From NCBI GenBank assembly GCA_018238625.1, contig JABCSY010000021.1:1-46819 (forward strand): DNA of 46,819 nucleotides. Reading direction: 5' to 3'. Of this stretch, positions 29,884 to 38,660 are shown one piece after another (within the stretch, counting starts at the first letter, position 1; the number at the start of each line of letters is the position of its first letter). Made by a program: the position numbers and the translations under genes. The notes below the pieces were generated by a model, which was given only the letters and a program-made list of their open reading frames with translations, did no database searches and was not told the DNA's origin. Source of the stretch: Promethearchaeota archaeon (GTDB taxonomy: Archaea; Asgardarchaeota; Lokiarchaeia; Sigyniarchaeales; SOKP01).

Positions 29884-32730
29884 TTAAGATTTAAATAAAT
29901 AATTAGGATCTTTTTTAATTTTCAATCTTATTCTATATTTCCTTAGTTCGTCGACGATGGAAACACTAAATGCGGCAATAAAGAGAGTTGCCCAGTGATA
30001 CCATTGTGTTAAAGGCACGACGTGAAAAGCGATAGCCATTGGCGTGTAAAGTATTAAAAGTTGTAAACCGAGAGAAAGTCCTGTAGCCCAAAATAAGTGC
30101 TTATTAGGGAAGTGCCAAAACGGTTTTGTATTACTAGTACATGTATAGACAAAAAGTAATTCACATATCACTAAATTCGTAAATAGAATTGTCTGCGCTA
30201 AACCTATGGCATATGTTTGGGATGCCCCTGGACTTAAATAACCAGCCAAATTTGGATCTATAAGGCTCCACTCAGGAATAAGAACGGTCCAAAGAACTAT
30301 GTAAAGAGTGATATCGGTAATTGAAGTATATATTCCTAATAGCAAAGCGGGACCTCTTATTTCTTTTAATAACGTAAATCCTTTTCTCGGGGGGCCCTTC
30401 ATGACATCGGGATCTGTTGGAGTTAGCCCTAAAACCATCGCTGGAATGCCATCTGTCGCTATATTTAGCCAAAGTATTTGAATTGGTTCGATCGGAGCTC
30501 CTATAAAGACATTAACAAATAGTTTCATGACAATATACGCAACCAAAATCAGAAATATTTCGTCAAAATTCGTCGAAAGCATATAGCGGAAGAAATTTGT
30601 GGTTGTTTCAAAGATTCCTCTACCTTCTTCGATTGCGTTTACAATAGTTGCGTAATTATCGTCGATAAGTATCATATCTGAAGCTTCTTGAGTGACCTCA
30701 GTACCTTTTAAACCCATTGCTACGCCCACGTGAGCGCCTTTTACAGCTGGAGCATCGTTAACCCCATCACCCGTCATGGCAACCACTAAATCGAGTTCCT
30801 TAAGTCGCTTCAAAATTCTTAGTTTATGTTCTGAAGTTACTCGTGCGAAAACATCAACGGTTTTAACTTTCTCGCGTAATTCGTCATCATTCATTTCTTC
30901 TAAATCTAACCCTGTAATTGCTTCATTTGACTCAGTTAGACCAATTTGTTGTGCGATTGCTATGGCAGTTACTTTATGGTCTCCCGTGATCATGATCGTT
31001 CGGATACCCGCCATTCTAGCTTCTTTGATGGCGTCTTTAACTTCGTCTCGGGCGGGATCAATAATTCCTACTAAACCTATATAAGTAAAATCCTTCTCTA
31101 CATCATTGAGATCGTATCCCGGTTCTAATTCCTTATATGCTACTCCAAGAACTCTTAAAGCATTTTCAGCAAATTGGTTATTTTGATTTAATATTTTATC
31201 TTTTGCGTTCTCAATTGACTTACTTTCGCCATTTGATAATACATGAGAAGCATTTCTCATCATTATGTCTGGAGCTCCTTTTATTAAAGCAACGATTTTA
31301 CCGTCTAATTTACCAATTACGCTCATCATCTTCCGATCGGAATCGAAAGGAATTTCGTCTAATTTCTCAAAAGATTCGTTGAGTTTCATCTTCAAAGCTA
31401 AGACTTTCATGGAAATTTCAGTAGGATCGCCAACAACACTAACTTCTCCTGTTTTTTGGTCGAGAACATTTACATTGGAATTGTTGCAAAACAAACAAAC
31501 TTCTAAAAACCGCTTAAGATCAGGGTTCATGCTCACAACATTTTCGTTTTCTTTAATATCCCCAATAAGATTATATCCTACACCCTCTACATCGAATACT
31601 TTTCCGTTTAAATACATTTTCACTACTGTCATTTCGTTTTTCGTCAACGTACCAGTTTTATCGCTACAAATGACGCTAACACGTCCTAGAGTTTCCACAG
31701 CGGTTAGCTTCCTGACTAAAGCGTTCCTCCCAGCCATTTTTTTCATACCTATACTTAGAACCACCGTAATAACGACAACGAGACCCTCAGGAACGGCCGA
31801 TACAGCTAAACTTATAGCAATTTTAAACGCATCGATCATATGCTCTATTTCTTCGGGACCGAAACCTAAACCTTCTGTAACTAGTATCATAATTATTTCT
31901 GTGACAAAAACGCCAGCACATATCAATAGGATTGCTATTCCTAATAACTTTCCAAATCGATTTACTTCTACTTGAAATGGACTAGGTTCTTGTACCTCTT
32001 GTTGCAAACTTTCAGCTATTTTTCCTATTTCGGTATTCATCCCCGTCCCAATTGCAATTCCTTCTCCATTTCCTCTCGTGATTATCGTGTTCATGTATCC
32101 TAGGTTAATTCTATCAGCTAGAATCATCTTTTCGTCTACGATATCTAATTGTTTTTTTACAGGAGCAGATTCCCCGGTTAAAATTGCCTCATCGACGTAA
32201 AGCGAAAACTCTTTTATTAACCTTAAATCCGCTGGAAATTTATCCCCGTCTTCAAAAAGGATAATGTCTCCTAGTGCTACGTCTTCTACGGCAATTTCAC
32301 TAACTTTACCATCTCTACGAACCTTTGCAAAATGGGGCGCAAGTTTCTTTAAACTTTCCATCGATCTTTCTGCTTGATATTCCTGATAAAACCCCAAAGC
32401 TGCGTTAGCAATTAAAATTGCGGCAATTACAATAGCATCGGTGTATTCTGAAGACCACGCTTCACCACCTTGAGATGCCTCCCATATTCCAATTATAATT
32501 GAGATGGCAATCGCGAAAAGTAATAAATAAACAAGAAAGCTTTTAAATTGACCTATGAAAATTTGAAGAGCAGTTTTTCCTTTTTCCTTCACTAATTCAT
32601 TTTTTCCATATTTTTCAAGTCTAGCTGCTGCTTCTAACTCAGATAAACCTCTTTCGATTGAAGTGTTCATTGCGTTTACGACTTTTTCAACAATCTCCGA
32701 ATGTGCACTAATTTGTTTTATTTCTACCAT
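29884..32730 (-). CDS. P-type cation-transporting ATPase, type IIA (SERCA-like Ca2+ pump)
   Basis: TGES, VPEGL, CSDKTGTLT, KGAPD, MITGDH, TGDGVNDAPA. TM5 reads STNFDE and TM6 reads ILWLNIATDGIPA. Confidence 0.95.
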   Translation of the reverse strand: MVEIKQISAHSEIVEKVVNAMNTSIERGLSELEAAARLEKYGKNELVKEKGKTALQIFIGQFKSFLVYLLLFAIAISIIIGIWEASQGGEAWSSEYTDAIVIAAILIANAALGFYQEYQAERSMESLKKLAPHFAKVRRDGKVSEIAVEDVALGDIILFEDGDKFPADLRLIKEFSLYVDEAILTGESAPVKKQLDIVDEKMILADRINLGYMNTIITRGNGEGIAIGTGMNTEIGKIAESLQQEVQEPSPFQVEVNRFGKLLGIAILLICAGVFVTEIIMILVTEGLGFGPEEIEHMIDAFKIAISLAVSAVPEGLVVVITVVLSIGMKKMAGRNALVRKLTAVETLGRVSVICSDKTGTLTKNEMTVVKMYLNGKVFDVEGVGYNLIGDIKENENVVSMNPDLKRFLEVCLFCNNSNVNVLDQKTGEVSVVGDPTEISMKVLALKMKLNESFEKLDEIPFDSDRKMMSVIGKLDGKIVALIKGAPDIMMRNASHVLSNGESKSIENAKDKILNQNNQFAENALRVLGVAYKELEPGYDLNDVEKDFTYIGLVGIIDPARDEVKDAIKEARMAGIRTIMITGDHKVTAIAIAQQIGLTESNEAITGLDLEEMNDDELREKVKTVDVFARVTSEHKLRILKRLKELDLVVAMTGDGVNDAPAVKGAHVGVAMGLKGTEVTQEASDMILIDDNYATIVNAIEEGRGIFETTTNFFRYMLSTNFDEIFLILVAYIVMKLFVNVFIGAPIEPIQILWLNIATDGIPAMVLGLTPTDPDVMKGPPRKGFTLLKEIRGPALLLGIYTSITDITLYIVLWTVLIPEWSLIDPNLAGYLSPGASQTYAIGLAQTILFTNLVICELLFVYTCTSNTKPFWHFPNKHLFWATGLSLGLQLLILYTPMAIAFHVVPLTQWYHWATLFIAAFSVSIVDELRKYRIRLKIKKDPNYLFKS

Positions 32731-32912
32731 TTTTTGTTCACTATTTTTCGATTTTTTTAATTAAATTAAATATTTTAGATAATAATGATTTTAAAATTTA
32801 TACATTATACATTAGTAAATACAAGCTAATAAAAAAATTATTGGGGTAAACATTGTTTAAATTATCGTTCTCAAAAACGGCTTTGGAGTATATTTTTGAA
32901 GAACAACAAAAA

Positions 32913-33227
32913 ATGGAATCAGAAAAATTAGTAGTAGTCCTTTTTTATCATTCCGCTGAATCGTGAACAATGTGCTTCTGTGGGAATTTTGTCGAGTTAG
33001 TAGAAAAACACAAACTCCTAGATGACCACGATTTTGTCGAATGGAAGGATATTGACGTTGAAAACGAAGATTTCGAGGACGAGCGTGTGGAGGTTTACGT
33101 CGAAAAAGAAATCATTCCTGAACTAGAAAAAAAACCTTTAATTATAGTGGATGCGGCAATAGGAGAAGTTGAAGGTAAAAAAGTAGGTATGTTGTTCATA
33201 AAAAAAAATTCAAATGTATACGGTTAA
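32913..33227 (+). CDS. Probable thioredoxin/glutaredoxin-fold selenoprotein (UxxC), 104 aa with TGA read as Sec
   Basis: ATG 32913 is in frame with track ORF 32970 and gives MESEKLVVVLFYHSAES-[TGA 32964-32966]-TMCFCGNFVELVEKH...VEWKDIDVE...KKPLIIV...GKKVG. A SECIS-like hairpin follows the stop. Confidence 0.8.
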
Positions 33228-33290
33228 TAGATGAACTTATCTTGGAAATTTTAGAAGATAAAGCGATAAACGGTTGTGCCCGTGCCGTAA
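33219..33290 (+). promoter_or_regulatory. Eukaryote-like SECIS element candidate (3' UTR)
   Basis: AUGA at 33231-33234, helix UUAUCUU/AAGAUAA, apical AAA 11 nt after AUGA, and CGAU on the 3' side. Confidence 0.7.
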
Positions 33291-33395
33291 TTAAAAAAAT
33301 TCCCTTTTTTTATTAAACTTGACAATAAATTTATAAACATCCTTTATCTTTTCATTGTTAATTTACTATATCTAATAAAAAAGATTAAATAAATA

Positions 33396-33962
33396 GTGAT
33401 AAATATGAGGTATTCACGACTTTTTAGATGGATTGTACGCGGCTTCTTGCTTGTTTTCACGCTATCGTTATCAGCAGTGTCTCTTTTAGGTGGTTTCTCT
33501 GCTATGACTATTTTTGATCCTAATGTAAATAATGTTAATGTTCCTGATGGAGATATAACAGCAAATTTTGATATTAGTAATCCAAGTGGAATGTTCATTA
33601 ATGTTCCTTTTAATATCTCAAATTCTGGAGTATATGATTTAACAAAGATTCGATTAGGTTTTCAAATTGCTATGACTTATGGTAATGCATCAACACCATT
33701 GAATGATACGACTACAGTAGTAATCTTTGATAAATCGCAATCTTTTGGAACTATTACTCAAGGGGTCACTCTGAAAGCGAATCTCACTGGTACGGCAGCG
33801 GATTTTGCAAATTTACCAGATCCTAACACAGAAGTAGATTGGTATAGAGCACCTTATGCTTTAGAATTTTATATGAACCTTACATTTAGCGCGTCTTATT
33901 CACTTAATCTATATACTTTTTCAGTTAATATAATTAACTTAACGGCGGGGCATTTTCCATAG
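33396..33962 (+). CDS. Membrane-anchored beta-rich protein (LEA-2/WHy-like pattern)
   Basis: N-terminal TM followed by INVPFNISNSGVYDLTKIRLGFQI, with several NxS/T sequons. The family call is tentative. Confidence 0.6.
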   Translation: MINMRYSRLFRWIVRGFLLVFTLSLSAVSLLGGFSAMTIFDPNVNNVNVPDGDITANFDISNPSGMFINVPFNISNSGVYDLTKIRLGFQIAMTYGNASTPLNDTTTVVIFDKSQSFGTITQGVTLKANLTGTAADFANLPDPNTEVDWYRAPYALEFYMNLTFSASYSLNLYTFSVNIINLTAGHFP

Positions 33963-33974
33963 AGGGTGATATAA

Positions 33975-34490
33975 ATGGGGCGTAATTTTAATATTTTTAA
34001 AGGGTTAATATATCTGAGCGTTTATATAACAACGACGATGGTTATTCCATTTTTCACTTTTACTTTAATGAAGGAAGTCTCGATAATGGGCGTCGACATT
34101 TTACTTGAGCAACCCGATTACGATAGAATAATTTATTGGGTTTCTGCCTTCGGATTGCTTATTAGTGCATGCGCATTTTTTAACTATTCTTCTCCTAAAC
34201 AGTCGATTAGAAAAGGGACTATCTCGTTAATTCAAATACTTTTAAATTGCTTGTATATATGGTCGTATAAGTTTAGCGGAGCTACTGAAGTTCGCTTTGA
34301 AATAATAATTGAATTAGCAAATTTAGGTTTTATAGCCGTAAACGTTCAAAACATGGTTATGCTATATATGGGAGTTTATTTTCTTACAATATTTCTTAAA
34401 GGATATGATTTTTTTGATTTTATCATTAATCGGGAAAAAATTCGAGAGAAGAGATATAAACCACAGTTAGGAGGCATTGATAAAGCGTGA
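33975..34490 (+). CDS. Hypothetical multi-pass membrane protein
   Basis: About 4 hydrophobic segments. GAGGGTGA SD-like site upstream; GTGA overlap with the next gene. Confidence 0.75.
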   Translation: MGRNFNIFKGLIYLSVYITTTMVIPFFTFTLMKEVSIMGVDILLEQPDYDRIIYWVSAFGLLISACAFFNYSSPKQSIRKGTISLIQILLNCLYIWSYKFSGATEVRFEIIIELANLGFIAVNVQNMVMLYMGVYFLTIFLKGYDFFDFIINREKIREKRYKPQLGGIDKA

Positions 34491-35386
34491 TTTTTCAAAC
34501 AATTGATTTAATTCAAACTATTGCGGATATTGTTGCAGCCATTTTAACTTTTTTAAACCCTATAGTATCGCCTATGGGTTCTTTCATGGTTCTTTGGATG
34601 GACTATGTTTTACAATTTTTTCCTCAAAATAACCTAACATTCTATATAATCATATCTGCATTAATTGTTACAACTGGGGCTATTGTTAATATAGCTTGGT
34701 CAGGGGATAAAAAACCAAAGTTTCTTGAAAAAGCTGAAGAACTTAAAGAAGAAGCGGAAAAACTTGAAGAGAAAGCTGAAGAACTTAAAGAAGAAGCGGA
34801 AGAGCTTGAAGAAAAGGTAGCGAAAAAAGCAAAAAAACTTAAAAAAGCAAAAAAACGCGAAGAGAAGGTAGAAAAAGCCGAAGAACTTGAAGAGAAAGCT
34901 GAAGAACTTGAAGAGAAAGCCGAGGAACTTAAAGAAGAAGCGGAAAAACTTGAAGAAAAAGCGGAAGAACTTGAAGAAAAAGTAGAAGAAGCAGAAGAAC
35001 TTAAAGAAGAAGCTGAAAAACTTGAAGAGAAGGCAGAAAAACTTGAAGAAAAAGCAGAGGAACTAAAAGAAAAAGCTGAAGAGCTTGAAGAAAAGGTTGA
35101 AGAACTTGAAGAAGATGTTGAAGAATTAAAAGAAGATGCCGAAGAGCTTGAAGAAGAAGCAGAAGAGCTTGAAGAAGAAGCAGAAGAGCTTGAAGAAGAA
35201 GCGGAAGAACTTGAAGAAGATGTTGAAGAATTAAAAGAAGATGCCGAAGAGCTTGAAGAAGAAGCGGAGGAACTTGAAGAGAAAGCAGAAGAGCTTGAAG
35301 AAAAAGTAGAGGAACTTGAAGAAGATGCAGAAGAACTAAAAGAAGAAGCAGAAGAAAAAAAAACTGATAATCCTAATACAGATTAA
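34487..35386 (+). CDS. Membrane-anchored long acidic coiled-coil protein
   Basis: Hydrophobic N-terminal ~70 aa, then ~210 aa of (K/E/D)AEEL(E/K)E heptads. Confidence 0.8.
   Translation: MIFQTIDLIQTIADIVAAILTFLNPIVSPMGSFMVLWMDYVLQFFPQNNLTFYIIISALIVTTGAIVNIAWSGDKKPKFLEKAEELKEEAEKLEEKAEELKEEAEELEEKVAKKAKKLKKAKKREEKVEKAEELEEKAEELEEKAEELKEEAEKLEEKAEELEEKVEEAEELKEEAEKLEEKAEKLEEKAEELKEKAEELEEKVEELEEDVEELKEDAEELEEEAEELEEEAEELEEEAEELEEDVEELKEDAEELEEEAEELEEKAEELEEKVEELEEDAEELKEEAEEKKTDNPNTD
34725..35355 (+). repeat. Degenerate 21-bp coding tandem repeat (7-aa heptad)
   Basis: Units resemble GAAGAACTTGAAGAAAAAGCA. A ~62-bp block is duplicated at ~35099 and ~35204 (offset 105 = 5 x 21). Confidence 0.9.
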
Positions 35387-35401
35387 AAAAAATTTTTATT
35401 T

Positions 35402-36034
35402 TTATTTTTTCATTTTTATAATTAATTCAGCAACTCTTTTCCCCGTATTTTTGGCAATTAAACCTCCTAATTCATCGACCTCTCCCTTGCCAACAAATTC
35501 TTTTAATCCAAATTTTTGGAGGCTAGTTATAGGTATGTTTCCCTCAAGAACAGGGCTACCAAGAGCGTTTCCAACCACGATCATTCCATGGATTAATCCA
35601 AAATTGATTAAATCTGAAATTACGCCTTGACCCCCATTTCTTAAACCTGTTGAAGCTAAAGGAGCGAAAATTACATCTTTCAGCATGTAATTTTTCATTT
35701 TCCACGGCCTTGAACGATCGATAAATACTTTTATTTGAGAACTCACGGAGCCAAAATAATTTGGAGCAGCTATAAGTAGAGCATCTGACCCTAATAATAA
35801 CTTTTCTAACTCGGTAGTTTCATCATCTTTCGCTAAGGGACAATCGTGTGGAGGTCTTAAACATTGATCGCACCCATTACAAGGTGTAAGTTTGAAATCA
35901 GTTATTTGAATTTTGTTGATTTCAAATTCTTCGTCTACGGATTTTATACCATCGATAGCTTGGTCAATCAAAAAGTTACAACTTCTATTTTTACGCGGTG
36001 ACCCTACAATTAAACAGATTTTCAACTTTTCCAA
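35402..36034 (-). CDS. Iron-sulfur flavoprotein / flavodoxin-family FMN reductase
   Basis: GSPRKN, PCNGCDQC.....C, APNYFGSVSSQIKVFIDR, RNGGQ. Confidence 0.9.
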   Translation of the reverse strand: MEKLKICLIVGSPRKNRSCNFLIDQAIDGIKSVDEEFEINKIQITDFKLTPCNGCDQCLRPPHDCPLAKDDETTELEKLLLGSDALLIAAPNYFGSVSSQIKVFIDRSRPWKMKNYMLKDVIFAPLASTGLRNGGQGVISDLINFGLIHGMIVVGNALGSPVLEGNIPITSLQKFGLKEFVGKGEVDELGGLIAKNTGKRVAELIIKMKK

Positions 36035-36135
36035 TCCCTTTATTTCTTATTATTTTTAATATATTGAATTTATATTTGTAATTTATCTTTTATGATATTA
36101 TAGGTGTAAAACAATCTTTTTTTATCTGAATTATT

Positions 36136-36876
36136 ATGAGCTTAAATGATAAATTCGACGGATATAAGCGTAAAAAAGAACTCTTAGAAGAGTTAAATGT
36201 TTATAAATCTATTATATTAAAAAAGTTAGATATAGACGATTTCAAATCTGCGTTGGTAAAAATTGGATCTGCTTTAATTTTAATCAAAGAACACCAGAAT
36301 TATTTCGATTTAAAGAATGAACTCGGTGAATTTAACGAATTACAACAAAAAGCTCGCGGTGAATTAGATTACCATCGCAAAATATATTTAAGACGGTACG
36401 ATAATCTTTTAAAGGAAAACCTAACTGAGGTTAACATAGAAAACTTCACAAAATTGTTAGCAATGCTGAAAAGCGAGGTTGACGAAAATCTAAATAGGTA
36501 TAATCTTCAAGAACTGAGCGGTAATATCAATATATATTTCAAGTTTATTAAGAAATTGTATACGATCATGAGTTCCTATAGAGTTCTAAACTATAACGAC
36601 GCCTCTGAGAAAATCCTAAACTGTATAAACGATTTAAACCAAGAGAATTTTCCTAATTTGAAATTACTAATTTTTAACATTTATCAGACTTTACTCCTAA
36701 TGCAATTTGAACAAATGTCGGAAAAATTCGAAAAACTAACAATAAATGAGATTTCTGAGCAATTATCAATTGTTCCTGAGAGGATTGAAGATATTATTAA
36801 TTTCATCCAAAATCAACCTAAAAATCCGATCAAAAAATATGTAGTACATAGTAAAGAAGTGTTTTTTAAAAGATAA
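36136..36876 (+). CDS. Helical protein with a C-terminal winged-helix (PCI-like) segment
   Basis: All-helical pattern ending in QMSEKFEKLTINEISEQLSIVPERIEDII. The PCI resemblance is by eye only. Confidence 0.5.
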   Translation: MSLNDKFDGYKRKKELLEELNVYKSIILKKLDIDDFKSALVKIGSALILIKEHQNYFDLKNELGEFNELQQKARGELDYHRKIYLRRYDNLLKENLTEVNIENFTKLLAMLKSEVDENLNRYNLQELSGNINIYFKFIKKLYTIMSSYRVLNYNDASEKILNCINDLNQENFPNLKLLIFNIYQTLLLMQFEQMSEKFEKLTINEISEQLSIVPERIEDIINFIQNQPKNPIKKYVVHSKEVFFKR

Positions 36877-36882
36877 TTTAAA

Positions 36883-37809
36883 TTATAAAGCTCGATAATT
36901 TTCCGATCTTAAAAATTCTTTATGACTCAATCCATAATCAATAGTTTCTAATATTTTAGCTTTTCCTTTCTCTAAAGTTCCTTTAATTGGTAAATAATTT
37001 GAGGCGTGGTTCGATCTGAAGATGCAATTTGCTTCTTTATTTTTAAAATTAATACTATCTATGAACATCTTCAATTCTAATAAAATCTCTTTTGAATTCA
37101 TTTCCTTAAATTCTCCACGCTTTTTTCTCTCATACATTATTGTTCCAGGAGGCGTCATTAGAGACAAAAAAGCGATATACCATATTCTATCATCATCAGG
37201 GCAAATTTTATTAACTAAATCTGCCGACTCAAGCGCATGAGCTTTAGAGATTTCTTCGTTATTTCCTCCTCCAAGCCCATTAATAAAGGTGGCTGATAAA
37301 GTAATATTTGCCTTCATTAATTTTTTTGAAGCATCAATAAAATCCGCTTTTGTGGCGTGTTTATTAACGTCCTTAAGGAGTTTATCATATCCGCTTTCAA
37401 ACCCTACATATGCGATTTTTAATCCCGCCTCCGATAATGCCATTAATTGCTTATCAGACTTTTTTAATATATCTTTAGCGTGAGCGTAAACTCCTACCCT
37501 TTCCAATTTTGGAAAAACTTTCATGGCATAAGTCGTAAGTTCTATGAGCTTGTCTGCAGGTGTTACCATGGCATTCCCGTCTAAAAAGAATAGTTTACGC
37601 ACTAACGAGCTATAATGCTTACTTGCCCCTATATCTAAATCTTTTTTAACCTCTTTAATTGATCTCACAATAAATTTTTTTCTAAGATTCGACATACAAA
37701 AATCACAAGAAAAAGTACACCCTTCGGTCAGCTGGATCAATAGAGAGTTTCCTTCCGATGGAGGTCTAAATACAGGTTCACAATAATAGATTATTTCTTT
37801 ACTTGTCAT
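36883..37809 (-). CDS. Radical SAM protein
   Basis: RPPSEGNSLLIQLTEGCTFSCDFC (CxxxCxxC), YVGFESG, FRSNHASNY. Confidence 0.92.
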   Translation of the reverse strand: MTSKEIIYYCEPVFRPPSEGNSLLIQLTEGCTFSCDFCMSNLRKKFIVRSIKEVKKDLDIGASKHYSSLVRKLFFLDGNAMVTPADKLIELTTYAMKVFPKLERVGVYAHAKDILKKSDKQLMALSEAGLKIAYVGFESGYDKLLKDVNKHATKADFIDASKKLMKANITLSATFINGLGGGNNEEISKAHALESADLVNKICPDDDRIWYIAFLSLMTPPGTIMYERKKRGEFKEMNSKEILLELKMFIDSINFKNKEANCIFRSNHASNYLPIKGTLEKGKAKILETIDYGLSHKEFLRSENYRAL

Positions 37810-37878
37810 ATCCGATTTTAGAAAAAAGTGTGATATAACTTATAGTCTTTGAAGGTTATTACTTATTTGTTCAAAATC

Positions 37879-38559
37879 CTACTTTGTTTTTGCATCATCT
37901 TTATTCGCATCCGCGTCTTTAGGTTTTTTGGGACAGGAATTAAGATGACGTCCTAATCGTATGAATTCCTTTCCACAATAAGGACATGCTTGCTTTTTTT
38001 TAGCCACTCCCCCTGCTGCAGTCCCTGGCTTTTTCTTCTTCCTCGTTTTGGTAGGCAAGATATCTTTTATATTTACATCATCAGGCGCAAATTCACAGTC
38101 TTTTATGTGCGTTCTAATATCACCAACTACTTCGCCACAGAATGGACATTCCATATCACCAAAATCTTCAGATTCGGATTTACCAGCTTTTCTTTTCTCG
38201 AATTTTAAGGGAATTTCTTCTTCATCATCTTCTTCAAATTCATCGAGTGATAAATCCATTTCGTCATCATGTTCAAGTTCTGCGAGTTCATATTCTTCTA
38301 ATTCTATCTTTTTCTCCTTTATTTTTTTCTCTGCTTCTCTTCTACTTTCTTCATAAACCTCAGAAACTTTCTTAGTTGCTTGTATGTATAACTTACAAAC
38401 CTGACACACATATGCTCTTTTACCAAGGACTAAGTCTCTCTCTGCGCAATAACAAAGTGGTTGCAAGTTATTTGAGATATCTCCCATAGAAGCGAGATGT
38501 TTGCAAGCAATTTTTCTCGAATATTTAATTTTTTGTTTTCTACGTGGAATAAAAATCAA
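37879..38559 (-). CDS. Multi-zinc-finger protein (Cys-rich N-terminus, acidic linker, two C2HC fingers)
   Basis: CPFCGEVVGDIRTHIKDC and CPYCGKEFIRLGRHLNSC, plus N-terminal CKH...CYC...CQVC. The start codon is uncertain. Confidence 0.8.
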   Translation of the reverse strand: MIFIPRRKQKIKYSRKIACKHLASMGDISNNLQPLCYCAERDLVLGKRAYVCQVCKLYIQATKKVSEVYEESRREAEKKIKEKKIELEEYELAELEHDDEMDLSLDEFEEDDEEEIPLKFEKRKAGKSESEDFGDMECPFCGEVVGDIRTHIKDCEFAPDDVNIKDILPTKTRKKKKPGTAAGGVAKKKQACPYCGKEFIRLGRHLNSCPKKPKDADANKDDAKTK

Positions 38560-38660
38560 CCAACAAAAGAAGTATGTAATAGATTAAATATTTCTTAAAA
38601 TTTAATTTTTTTGATTGTCCAAATAAAGAATTGTTATTACTTTTGTCTTAAAATCAGAAA

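Noticed and set aside
30776-31975. Long plus-strand ORFs (102, 81 and 236 aa)
   Set aside because: Antisense to the conserved P-type ATPase, Ser/Thr/Ile-rich with no motifs, as expected for shadow frames.
32970-33227. 85-aa ORF as called by the track
   Set aside because: It starts inside the redox motif and lacks the first beta strand. It is better explained as the 3' part of a TGA read-through gene starting at 32913.
34725-35355. Possible CRISPR array or non-coding satellite
   Set aside because: The repeats are contiguous, degenerate, 21-bp, in frame and have no unique spacers, so they are a coding heptad repeat. No cas genes are in the window.
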